DNA of 29,649 bases from IMG/VR virus record IMGVR_UViG_649989948_000014, positions 1-29,649 of that record, one strand, 5' to 3'. A model generated the notes under the pieces. It ran no database searches. It was not told the origin of the DNA and saw only the letters and a program-made list of their open reading frames with translations. Shown piece by piece: positions 22,380 through 29,649 of the stretch; position 1 is the first letter of the stretch, and each line of letters opens with the position of its first letter. This stretch comes from a virus (lineage: Duplodnaviria > Heunggongvirae > Uroviricota > Caudoviricetes). The translations under genes and the position numbers were made by a program.

Positions 22380-22422
22380 AACAACTTTTGTTGTTGACGA
22401 TAAAACAACTATAGTTTTAAAT
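22380..22422 (+). promoter_or_regulatory. candidate pL with overlapping oL operator palindrome
   Basis: TTGACG (about 22394-22399), 17-bp spacer, TTAAAT (about 22417-22422); overlapped by the palindrome AACAAC tttt GTTGTT and followed by further ACAAC motifs; directed into the kil-gam-bet-exo-xis-int operon. Confidence 0.45.
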
Positions 22423-22699
22423 AAGTTCATCGCAACAACACAACGATACGGCAACTACCTGATTCACCGTTGCGATGACCGCTTAGATCCGCAGTTTGAA
22501 TTTCAGCAGGCTTCGGGGAGTGCGAGGGGTGAAACGGACGCGTGAACGTCGGTGTGACCAGCTGAAATTAACTCAACATTTCATACCTTAGTCGCTTCAA
22601 CGAGGCGGCTTAGTTATGACAACCGGCGGCCATCCACCGCCTGAATACGCGCAGAAGTCTTTATATGTTCAGCAGCCCAGCTTACGGGCAGGAGTTTTT

Positions 22700-22906
22700 A
22701 TGGTTCATCAACATTACGGAACGCAGACCGTTAATCGAGGTGCGGTCATGCCAGGAATGCTGGTCAAACACAAAGATGGTACCTGGACTGCATCAGCTAA
22801 TTTACGCGGACGGCTTTATCTGCATCGCGGCATCGAGCGCACTTATACCCGTGATTTGCTCGTGGAAGTTTTTCTCGACGGACGCGGTAACGGCCTGAAT
22901 CACTAA
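22700..22906 (+). CDS. Kil-like small protein (possible host division inhibitor, KilR-like)
   Basis: 68-aa ORF with strong RBS (gcaggagtttttATG): MVHQHYGTQTVNRGAVMPGMLVKHKDGTWTASANLRGRLYLHRGIERTYTRDLLVEVFLDGRGNGLNH, immediately upstream of gam as kil is in lambda; family from memory only. Confidence 0.4.
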   Translation: MVHQHYGTQTVNRGAVMPGMLVKHKDGTWTASANLRGRLYLHRGIERTYTRDLLVEVFLDGRGNGLNH

Positions 22907-22982
22907 CCCCCCTTTCCTGTTTTCCTAATCAGCCTGGCATTTCGCGGTCGATATTTTCACAGCCATTTTCAGGAGTTCAGCC

Positions 22983-23279
22983 ATGAACGCTTATTACATT
23001 CAGGATCGTCTTGAGGCTCAGAGCTGGGCGCGTCACTACCAGCAGATCGCCCGTGAAGAGAAAGAGGCAGAACTGGCAGACGACATGGAAAAAGGCCTGC
23101 CCCAGCACCTGTTTGAATCGCTATGCATCGATCATTTGCAACGCCACGGGGCCAGCAAAAAAGCCATTACCCGTGCGTTTGATGACGATGTTGAGTTTCA
23201 GGAACGCATGGCAGAACACATACGGTACATGGTTGAAACTATTGCCCGCCACCAGGTTGATATTGATTCAGAGGTATAA
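22983..23279 (+). CDS. gam: Gam, host RecBCD inhibitor
   Basis: 98-aa [101 protein letters not shown] matches lambda Gam (short form). Confidence 0.94.
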   Translation: MNAYYIQDRLEAQSWARHYQQIAREEKEAELADDMEKGLPQHLFESLCIDHLQRHGASKKAITRAFDDDVEFQERMAEHIRYMVETIARHQVDIDSEV

Positions 23280-23284
23280 AACGG

Positions 23285-24070
23285 ATGAGTACAGCACTCG
23301 CAACGCTGGCAGGGAAGCTGGCTGAACGTGTCGGCATGGATTCTGTCGACCCACAGGAACTGATCACCACTCTTCGCCAGACGGCATTTAAAGGTGATGC
23401 CAGCGATGCGCAGTTCATCGCATTGTTGATCGTCGCCAACCAGTACGGCCTTAATCCGTGGACGAAAGAAATTTACGCCTTCCCTGATAAGCAGAACGGC
23501 ATCGTTCCGGTGGTGGGCGTTGATGGCTGGTCCCGCATCATCAATGAAAACCAGCAGTTTGATGGCATGGACTTTGAGCAGGACAATGAATCCTGTACAT
23601 GCCGGATTTACCGCAAGGACCGTAATCATCCGATCTGCGTTACCGAGTGGATGGATGAATGCCGCCGCGAACCATTCAAAACCCGCGAAGGCAGAGAAAT
23701 CACCGGACCGTGGCAGTCGCATCCCAAACGGATGTTACGGCATAAAGCCATGATTCAGTGTGCCCGTCTGGCCTTCGGATTTGCTGGTATCTATGACAAG
23801 GATGAAGCCGAGCGCATTGTCGAAAATACCGCATACACTGCAGAACGTCAGCCAGAACGCGACATCACTCCGGTTAACGATGAAACCATGCAGGAGATTA
23901 ACACTCTGCTGATCGCCCTGGATAAAACATGGGATGACGACTTATTGCCGCTCTGTTCCCAGATATTTCGCCGCGACATTCGCGCATCGTCAGAACTGAC
24001 ACAGGCCGAAGCAGTGAAAGCTCTTGGATTCCTGAAACAGAAAGCCACTGAGCAGAAGGTGGCAGCATGA
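23285..24070 (+). CDS. bet: Bet (Red-beta) single-strand annealing recombinase
   Basis: 261-aa [69 protein letters not shown]... matches lambda Bet. Confidence 0.97.
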   Translation: MSTALATLAGKLAERVGMDSVDPQELITTLRQTAFKGDASDAQFIALLIVANQYGLNPWTKEIYAFPDKQNGIVPVVGVDGWSRIINENQQFDGMDFEQDNESCTCRIYRKDRNHPICVTEWMDECRREPFKTREGREITGPWQSHPKRMLRHKAMIQCARLAFGFAGIYDKDEAERIVENTAYTAERQPERDITPVNDETMQEINTLLIALDKTWDDDLLPLCSQIFRRDIRASSELTQAEAVKALGFLKQKATEQKVAA

Positions 24071-24747
24071 CACCGGACATTATCCTGCAGCGTACCGGGA
24101 TCGACGTGAGAGCTGTCGAACAGGGGGATGATGCATGGCACAAATTACGGCTCGGCGTCATCACCGCTTCAGAAGTTCACAACGTGATAGCAAAGCCCCG
24201 CTCAGGAAAGAAGTGGCCTGACATGAAAATGTCCTACTTCCACACCCTGCTGGCTGAGGTTTGCACCGGTGTGGCTCCGGAAGTTAATGCTAAGGCGCTG
24301 GCCTGGGGAAAACAGTACGAGAACGACGCCAGAGCCCTGTTTGAATTCACTTCCGGCGTGAATGTTACTGAATCCCCGATCATCTATCGCGACGAAAGTA
24401 TGCGCACCGCCTGCTCTCCCGATGGTTTATGCAGTGACGGCAACGGCCTTGAACTGAAATGCCCGTTTACCTCCCGGGATTTCATGAAGTTCCGGCTCGG
24501 TGGTTTCGAGGCCATAAAATCGGCTTACATGGCCCAGGTGCAGTACAGCATGTGGGTGACGCGAAAAGATGCCTGGTACTTTGCCAACTATGACCCGCGT
24601 ATGAAGCGTGAAGGCCTGCATTATGTCGTGATTGAGCGGAATGAAAAGTACATGGCGAATTTTGACGAGATGGTGCCGGAGTTCATCGAAAAAATGGACG
24701 TGGCACTGGCTGAAATTGGTTTTGTATTTGGGGAGCAATGGCGATGA
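24067..24747 (+). CDS. exo: lambda exonuclease (Red-alpha)
   Basis: 226-aa [68 protein letters not shown]... matches lambda Exo. Confidence 0.97.
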   Translation: MTPDIILQRTGIDVRAVEQGDDAWHKLRLGVITASEVHNVIAKPRSGKKWPDMKMSYFHTLLAEVCTGVAPEVNAKALAWGKQYENDARALFEFTSGVNVTESPIIYRDESMRTACSPDGLCSDGNGLELKCPFTSRDFMKFRLGGFEAIKSAYMAQVQYSMWVTRKDAWYFANYDPRMKREGLHYVVIERNEKYMANFDEMVPEFIEKMDVALAEIGFVFGEQWR

Positions 24748-24926
24748 AGCATCCTCACGATAATATCCGGGTAGGCACGATCACTTTCGTCTACTCCGTT
24801 ACGAAGCGAGGCTGGGTATTTCCCGGCCTTTCTGTTATCCGAAATCCCCTGAAAGCACAGCGGCTGGCTGAGGAGATAAATAATAAACGGGGAGCTGTAT
24901 GCACAAAGCATCTCCCGTTGAGTTAA
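24738..24926 (+). CDS. lambda orf60a-like small protein
   Basis: 62-aa [65 protein letters not shown], overlapping the exo stop as in lambda. Confidence 0.6.
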   Translation: MAMKHPHDNIRVGTITFVYSVTKRGWVFPGLSVIRNPLKAQRLAEEINNKRGAVCTKHLPLS

Positions 24927-25090
24927 GAACGAGTATCGAGATGGCACATAGCCTCGCTCAAAATGGAGTCAGGTTTGTGCCAATACCAGTAGAAACAGAC
25001 GAAGAATTTCATACGTTAGCCGCATCCCTTTCACAAAAGCTGGAAATGATGGTGGCGAAAGCAGAAGCAGATGAGAGAGACCAGGTATGA
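24899..25090 (+). CDS. lambda orf63-like small protein
   Basis: 63-aa [66 protein letters not shown], overlapping neighbours in the lambda arrangement. Confidence 0.6.
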   Translation: MHKASPVELRTSIEMAHSLAQNGVRFVPIPVETDEEFHTLAASLSQKLEMMVAKAEADERDQV

Positions 25091-25382
25091 CAACCACGGA
25101 ATGCATTTTTCTGGCAGCGGGCTTCATATTCTGTGTGCTTATGCTTGCCGACATGGGACTTGTTCAATGACACCTCAGCAGGAAAACGCCCTTCGCAGCA
25201 TTGCCCGTCAGGCTAATTCTGAAATCAAAAAAGCCAGACAGCAGTTTCCGGATAAAAACGTCGATGACATTTGCCGTAGCGTACTGAAGAAGCACCGCGA
25301 AACGGTAACGCTGATGGGATTCACACCGACTCATTTAAGCCTGGCAATCGGCATGTTAAACGGCGTCTTTAAGGAACGATGA
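25071..25382 (+). CDS. early-left small ORF at the lambda orf61 position (start uncertain; internal Met near 25167)
   Basis: 103-aa ORF overlapping the orf63 stop; internal Met gives MTPQQENALRSIARQANSEIKKARQQFPDKNVDDICRSVLKKHRETVTLMGFTPTHLSLAIGMLNGVFKER. Confidence 0.4.
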   Translation: MRETRYDNHGMHFSGSGLHILCAYACRHGTCSMTPQQENALRSIARQANSEIKKARQQFPDKNVDDICRSVLKKHRETVTLMGFTPTHLSLAIGMLNGVFKER

Positions 25383-25480
25383 ACATGAAAAGCAAAATCA
25401 TCAGGGAGCTACAGGCTCCTTTTTTATTATTCGCATTCACCCTCAAGCGTATTAACCAACAATTCAGGGATTAATAGAAG

Positions 25481-25702
25481 ATGGCAGACATCATTGATTC
25501 AGCATCAGAAATTGAAGAATTACAGCGCAACACAGCAATAAAAATGCGCCGCCTGAACCACCAGGCTATATCTGCCACTCATTGTTGTGAGTGTGGCGAT
25601 CCGATAGATGAACGAAGACGCCTGGTCGTTCAGGGTTGTCGGACTTGTGCAAGTTGCCAGGAGGATCTGGAGCTTATCAGTAAACAGAGAGGTTCGAAGT
25701 GA
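25481..25702 (+). CDS. TraR/DksA-family C4 zinc-finger protein (lambda Orf73-like)
   Basis: 73-aa ORF MADIIDSASEIEELQRNTAIKMRRLNHQAISATHCCECGDPIDERRRLVVQGCRTCASCQEDLELI with CxxC...CxxC zinc finger. Confidence 0.8.
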   Translation: MADIIDSASEIEELQRNTAIKMRRLNHQAISATHCCECGDPIDERRRLVVQGCRTCASCQEDLELISKQRGSK

Positions 25703-25854
25703 GCGAAATTAACTAGAAGCCAAAGATAAAATCATCGCTGAGCAGGAGAAAATCGCTAACGGAGAAAAGACAGTAAGTCAGTATATGAAAACCGCATGAT
25801 ATCATCAGATAAAAATCGGTCGTAAAGCGAAATATTAATACCAGAACAAACGAG

Positions 25855-25878
25855 TCGAGGTAAATTATATTACCTCGA
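25855..25878. terminator. hairpin between the convergent TraR-like and membrane-protein genes
   Basis: TCGAGGTA aattatat TACCTCGA perfect 8-bp inverted repeat in an AT-rich spacer; no strong U-run, so terminator function is tentative. Confidence 0.3.
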
Positions 25879-25912
25879 TAAATTAACTAAAACTTGCCCG
25901 CTATATACTATA

Positions 25913-26515
25913 TCATTCAGTATCATCACGCGCGGTCTGTGCATATGTCACTACCGCACCTAATATATTAATTTTCTTTTCAACATAGATAATATTATCG
26001 TACTCATAATTGCCATACGGATAGCAAATGCGAATATTCTCATGTAGATCGGGGTCATCCACCTCAGCTCCAGAACAACTTTTTGAACTACCGGAAGTAT
26101 ACCGATACGGTGCAACATAAGACGATGTCTCTCCAGGCAAAAAATAAGTTAGTGTCGTAAGGGGTATAATCAGAAAAAATCCAGCAAATATGCACATCCC
26201 TGCATAAACCTTAAGGTATGCTGACAGACTCTTCCAGCCTCTTTGTTTTACTATCCCCTTCTTAACCCAAAACAGAGATAACAGAAAAGCTATTCCCATG
26301 CTAAACAGAATGTAATAGTGGGATATACTCTGATTAAGAAACGTGACCCTGTAGATATCTGCCCGCCACCAGAAGAAAAGGAAAATAAAGATCAGCCCTG
26401 AAACTGTCATGCAAATCAAATAAGGATACGAATCTTTTTTCATGTTTAGCGCCCATAAAATTTTTCCTGACCCGGACAAATTTACCATCCATTTTTTGCG
26501 CAGAAAATAGCTCAT
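25913..26515 (-). CDS. multi-pass inner-membrane protein of unknown function (start may be an internal Met near 26443)
   Basis: 200-aa ORF on the strand opposite to the surrounding pL operon, very AT-rich; hydrophobic segments LICMTVSGLIFIFLFFWW, YILFSMGIAFLLSLFWV, VYAGMCIFAGFFLIIPLTTLTYFL, then a ~70-aa hydrophilic C-terminus. Confidence 0.6.
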   Translation of the reverse strand: MSYFLRKKWMVNLSGSGKILWALNMKKDSYPYLICMTVSGLIFIFLFFWWRADIYRVTFLNQSISHYYILFSMGIAFLLSLFWVKKGIVKQRGWKSLSAYLKVYAGMCIFAGFFLIIPLTTLTYFLPGETSSYVAPYRYTSGSSKSCSGAEVDDPDLHENIRICYPYGNYEYDNIIYVEKKINILGAVVTYAQTARDDTE

Positions 26516-26757
26516 TACTTACTGCACAATAATACACAAAATTGCGTAAATTTTTTGCATGGATTTTAGCTCTTTCAGCCGAAATTTAAGGGGTAAATAG
26601 CATTTCCTAAAAGCAACTGCACCAACCCAACAGAATGGGCTACCGCTTACGTTGAGAGCAAAAAAGTGTATAGCAGCAATGAACAGCATCCTCGCACTGA
26701 CGAGGATTTCTTTTATCTGAACTCGCTACGGCGGGTTTTGTTTTATGGAGATGATAA

Positions 26758-26925
26758 ATGCACTTCCGAGTCACAGGTGAATGGAATGGAGAACCATTCA
26801 ACAGAGTTATCGAAGCCGAGAACATCAGCGACTGCTATGACCACTGGATGCTGTGGGCGCAGATAGCACATGCAGACGTAACCAATATTCGAATTGAAGA
26901 ACTGAAAGAACACCAAGCCGCCTGA
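26758..26925 (+). CDS. small ORF (~55 aa) directly upstream of xis
   Basis: Hand translation MHFRVTGEWNGEPFNRVIEAENISDCYDHWMLWAQIAHADVTNIRIEELKEHQAA; below the ORF-track cutoff; my hand count showed a 2-nt inconsistency, so the frame needs checking. Confidence 0.3.
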   Translation: MHFRVTGEWNGEPFNRVIEAENISDCYDHWMLWAQIAHADVTNIRIEELKEHQAA

Positions 26926-26940
26926 TGGCGGTTTTTTCTT
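26917..26940 (+). terminator. intrinsic terminator-like hairpin just upstream of xis
   Basis: GCCGCC tgat GGCGGT followed by TTTTTTCTT on the plus strand. Confidence 0.45.
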
Positions 26941-26964
26941 GCGTGTAATTGCGGAGACTTTGCG

Positions 26965-27183
26965 ATGTACTTGACACTTCAGGAGTGGAACGCACGCCAG
27001 CGACGCCCAAGAAGCCTTGAAACAGTTCGTCGATGGGTACGCGAGTGCAGGATATTCCCTCCTCCGGTTAAGGATGGAAGAGAGTATCTGTTCCACGAAT
27101 CAGCGGTAAAGGTTGACTTAAATCGACCAGTAACAGGTAGCCTTTTGAAGAGGATCAGAAATGGGAAGAAGGCGAAGTCATGA
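26965..27183 (+). CDS. xis: excisionase Xis
   Basis: 72-aa ORF MYLTLQEWNARQRRPRSLETVRRWVRECRIFPPPVKDGREYLFHESAVKVDLNRPVTGSLLKRIRNGKKAKS matches lambda Xis; overlaps the int start. Confidence 0.96.
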   Translation: MYLTLQEWNARQRRPRSLETVRRWVRECRIFPPPVKDGREYLFHESAVKVDLNRPVTGSLLKRIRNGKKAKS

Positions 27184-28231
27184 GCGCCGGGATTTACCCC
27201 CTAACCTTTATATAAGAAACAATGGATATTACTGCTACAGGGACCCAAGGACGGGTAAAGAGTTTGGATTAGGCAGAGACAGGCGAATCGCAATCACTGA
27301 AGCCATACAGGCCAACATTGAGTTATTTTCAGGACACAAACACAAGCCTCTGACAGCGAGAATCAACAGTGATAATTCCGTTACGTTACATTCATGGCTT
27401 GATCGCTACGAAAAAATCCTGGCCAGCAGAGGAATCAAGCAGAAGACACTCATAAATTACATGAGCAAAATTAAAGCAATAAGGAGGGGTCTGCCTGATG
27501 CTCCACTTGAAGACATCACCACAAAAGAAATTGCGGCAATGCTCAATGGATACATAGACGAGGGCAAGGCGGCGTCAGCCAAGTTAATCAGATCAACACT
27601 GAGCGATGCATTCCGAGAGGCAATAGCTGAAGGCCATATAACAACAAACCCTGTCGCTGCCACTCGCGCAGCAAAATCAGAGGTAAGGAGATCAAGACTT
27701 ACGGCTGACGAATACCTGAAAATTTATCAAGCAGCAGAATCATCACCATGTTGGCTCAGACTTGCAATGGAACTGGCTGTTGTTACCGGGCAACGAGTTG
27801 GTGATTTATGCGAAATGAAGTGGTCTGATATCGTAGATGGATATCTTTATGTCGAGCAAAGCAAAACAGGCGTAAAAATTGCCATCCCAACAGCATTGCA
27901 TGTTGATGCTCTCGGAATATCAATGAAGGAAACACTTGATAAATGCAAAGAGATTCTTGGCGGAGAAACCATAATTGCATCTACTCGTCGCGAACCGCTT
28001 TCATCCGGCACAGTATCAAGGTATTTTATGCGCGCACGAAAAGCATCAGGTCTTTCCTTCGAAGGGGATCCGCCTACCTTTCACGAGTTGCGCAGTTTGT
28101 CTGCAAGACTCTATGAGAAGCAGATAAGCGATAAGTTTGCTCAACATCTTCTCGGGCATAAGTCGGACACCATGGCATCACAGTATCGTGATGACAGAGG
28201 CAGGGAGTGGGACAAAATTGAAATCAAATAA
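27161..28231 (+). CDS. int: tyrosine integrase Int
   Basis: 356-aa ORF MGRRRSHERRDLPPNLYIRNNGYYCYRDPRTGKEFGLGRDRRIAITEAIQANIELFSGHKHKPLTARINSDNSVTLHSW... matches lambda Int, with C-terminal catalytic HxxR and Tyr region. Confidence 0.97.
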   Translation: MGRRRSHERRDLPPNLYIRNNGYYCYRDPRTGKEFGLGRDRRIAITEAIQANIELFSGHKHKPLTARINSDNSVTLHSWLDRYEKILASRGIKQKTLINYMSKIKAIRRGLPDAPLEDITTKEIAAMLNGYIDEGKAASAKLIRSTLSDAFREAIAEGHITTNPVAATRAAKSEVRRSRLTADEYLKIYQAAESSPCWLRLAMELAVVTGQRVGDLCEMKWSDIVDGYLYVEQSKTGVKIAIPTALHVDALGISMKETLDKCKEILGGETIIASTRREPLSSGTVSRYFMRARKASGLSFEGDPPTFHELRSLSARLYEKQISDKFAQHLLGHKSDTMASQYRDDRGREWDKIEIK

Positions 28232-28241
28232 TGATTTTATT

Positions 28242-28319
28242 TTGACTGATAGTGACCTGTTCGTTGCAACAAATTGATAAGCAATGCTTTTTTATAATGC
28301 CAACTTAGTATAAAAAAGC
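28242..28319. other. attL: P-prime arm with Int arm-type sites plus the 15-bp lambda core (about 28305-28319)
   Basis: Plus strand gcttatcaatttgttgcaacgaacaggtcactatcagtcaaaat (lambda P-prime arm, reverse complement) and ttagtataaaaaagc (reverse complement of core GCTTTTTTATACTAA), between int and ybhC. Confidence 0.88.
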
Positions 28320-28365
28320 AGGCTTCAACGGATTCATTTTTCTATTTCATAGCCCGGAGCAACCT

Positions 28366-29649
28366 GTGAACACATTTTCAGTTTCCCGTCTGGCGCTGGC
28401 ATTGGCTTTTGGCGTGACGCTGACCGCCTGTAGCTCAACCCCGCCCGATCAACGTCCTTCTGATCAAACCGCGCCTGGTACCTCTTCTCGCCCGATTCTG
28501 TCGGCAAAAGAAGCGCAGAATTTCGATGCTCAACACTATTTTGCATCCCTGACACCAGGTGCAGCAGCGTGGAATCCTTCCCCGATTACCCTGCCTGCGC
28601 AACCTGACTTTGTTGTCGGCCCGGCGGGCACTCAAGGTGTAACGCATACCACGATTCAGGCGGCGGTAGATGCGGCAATTATCAAGCGTACCAACAAGCG
28701 CCAGTATATTGCCGTGATGCCTGGTGAGTATCAGGGAACGGTATATGTCCCTGCCGCTCCGGGTGGAATTACTCTGTACGGTACAGGTGAAAAACCGATT
28801 GATGTGAAGATTGGGCTTTCCCTTGATGGTGGCATGAGCCCTGCCGACTGGCGTCACGACGTCAACCCGCGCGGCAAATATATGCCAGGTAAACCAGCGT
28901 GGTATATGTACGATAGCTGCCAGAGCAAACGCAGCGACAGTATCGGTGTTCTCTGCTCTGCGGTCTTCTGGTCACAAAACAATGGCCTGCAACTGCAAAA
29001 TCTGACCATCGAAAACACGCTGGGCGATAGCGTAGATGCAGGTAACCATCCGGCGGTGGCACTGCGTACTGATGGTGACCAGGTACAGATTAACAACGTT
29101 AACATTCTCGGTCGTCAGAACACCTTCTTTGTCACCAACAGCGGTGTGCAGAACCGTCTGGAAACGAATCGTCAGCCGCGTACGCTGGTGACCAACAGCT
29201 ACATTGAAGGGGATGTGGATATCGTTTCTGGTCGCGGCGCAGTGGTGTTCGATAACACCGAATTCCGCGTGGTGAACTCACGTACTCAGCAAGAAGCGTA
29301 TGTGTTTGCACCGGCTACGCTGTCCAACATTTACTACGGTTTCCTCGCCGTAAACAGCCGTTTCAATGCTTTCGGTGATGGTGTGGCGCAACTGGGCCGC
29401 TCGCTGGATGTTGATGCCAATACCAACGGTCAGGTGGTGATCCGTGATAGCGCCATCAACGAAGGTTTTAACACGGCTAAACCGTGGGCCGATGCGGTGA
29501 TCTCTAATCGTCCGTTTGCGGGTAATACCGGCAGCGTAGATGATAACGACGAAATACAGCGCAATCTGAATGACACTAACTACAACCGCATGTGGGAATA
29601 CAATAACCGCGGCGTGGGTAGTAAAGTGGTTGCAGAGGCGAAGAAGTAA
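28366..29649 (+). CDS. ybhC: host lipoprotein YbhC (pectinesterase-family outer membrane lipoprotein)
   Basis: 427-aa ORF MNTFSVSRLALALAFGVTLTACSSTPPDQ... with lipobox LTAC; ybhC is the chromosomal gene flanking the lambda attachment site in E. coli. Confidence 0.9.
   Translation: MNTFSVSRLALALAFGVTLTACSSTPPDQRPSDQTAPGTSSRPILSAKEAQNFDAQHYFASLTPGAAAWNPSPITLPAQPDFVVGPAGTQGVTHTTIQAAVDAAIIKRTNKRQYIAVMPGEYQGTVYVPAAPGGITLYGTGEKPIDVKIGLSLDGGMSPADWRHDVNPRGKYMPGKPAWYMYDSCQSKRSDSIGVLCSAVFWSQNNGLQLQNLTIENTLGDSVDAGNHPAVALRTDGDQVQINNVNILGRQNTFFVTNSGVQNRLETNRQPRTLVTNSYIEGDVDIVSGRGAVVFDNTEFRVVNSRTQQEAYVFAPATLSNIYYGFLAVNSRFNAFGDGVAQLGRSLDVDANTNGQVVIRDSAINEGFNTAKPWADAVISNRPFAGNTGSVDDNDEIQRNLNDTNYNRMWEYNNRGVGSKVVAEAKK

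Noticed and set aside
23198-23722. 174-aa minus-strand ORF and other antisense frames within bet/exo (23239..23439, 23848..24141, 24427..24738, 24621..24947)
   Set aside because: They overlap near-identical lambda bet and exo on the opposite strand and have no independent support
25087-25170. 27-aa hydrophobic peptide frame (MTTTECIFLAAGFIFCVLMLADMGLVQ) between orf63 and the orf61-like ORF
   Set aside because: Too short to call from sequence alone and it overlaps the longer 25071..25382 frame; noted only as a possible small membrane peptide
26743-27096. 117-aa minus-strand ORF overlapping the xis start, and the 66-aa plus-strand ORF 26666..26866
   Set aside because: Antisense to or out of frame with lambda-like xis-upstream sequence; the plus-strand 55-aa frame ending at a terminator hairpin is the more plausible reading

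Overview
This window is the int-proximal part of a lambda-like prophage sitting at the E. coli lambda attachment site, shown in reverse prophage orientation and ending in the host gene ybhC. Right to left: ybhC | attL core (about 28305-28319) | int-xis | early-left operon (TraR-like orf73, orf61/63/60a-like, exo-bet-gam, a Kil-like ORF) | candidate pL/oL | cI-oR-cro of non-lambda immunity type, with no rexAB and no N gene | CII-like gene | O (with ori iterons)-P-ren | an AT-rich cargo block (emrE, a YbcK-like large serine recombinase, a 107-aa ORF and a 260-aa HNH-motif protein) | DLP12-like nin region (ybcN, ninE, ybcO, rusA, ylcG, Q) | an oppositely oriented NmpC-type porin | phage-21/DLP12-type lysis cassette (holin, SAR endolysin, Rz/Rz1) | a post-lysis accessory block | cos | head genes Nu1-A-W-B-C-D-E-FI. 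The prophage appears defective: E is frameshifted by a 7-bp tandem duplication and FI is cut by an IS3-family element that runs off the left edge. The best candidate for an undescribed system is the HNH-motif protein plus its small upstream ORF at the window centre; secondary candidates are a multi-pass membrane protein next to xis and an RHH-like two-gene pair beside cos. All identifications come from reading translations and motifs by eye against recalled protein sequences; no database search was run. Coordinates not taken from the ORF track may be off by a few bases, because my hand counts disagreed with the track by 2 nt in places.
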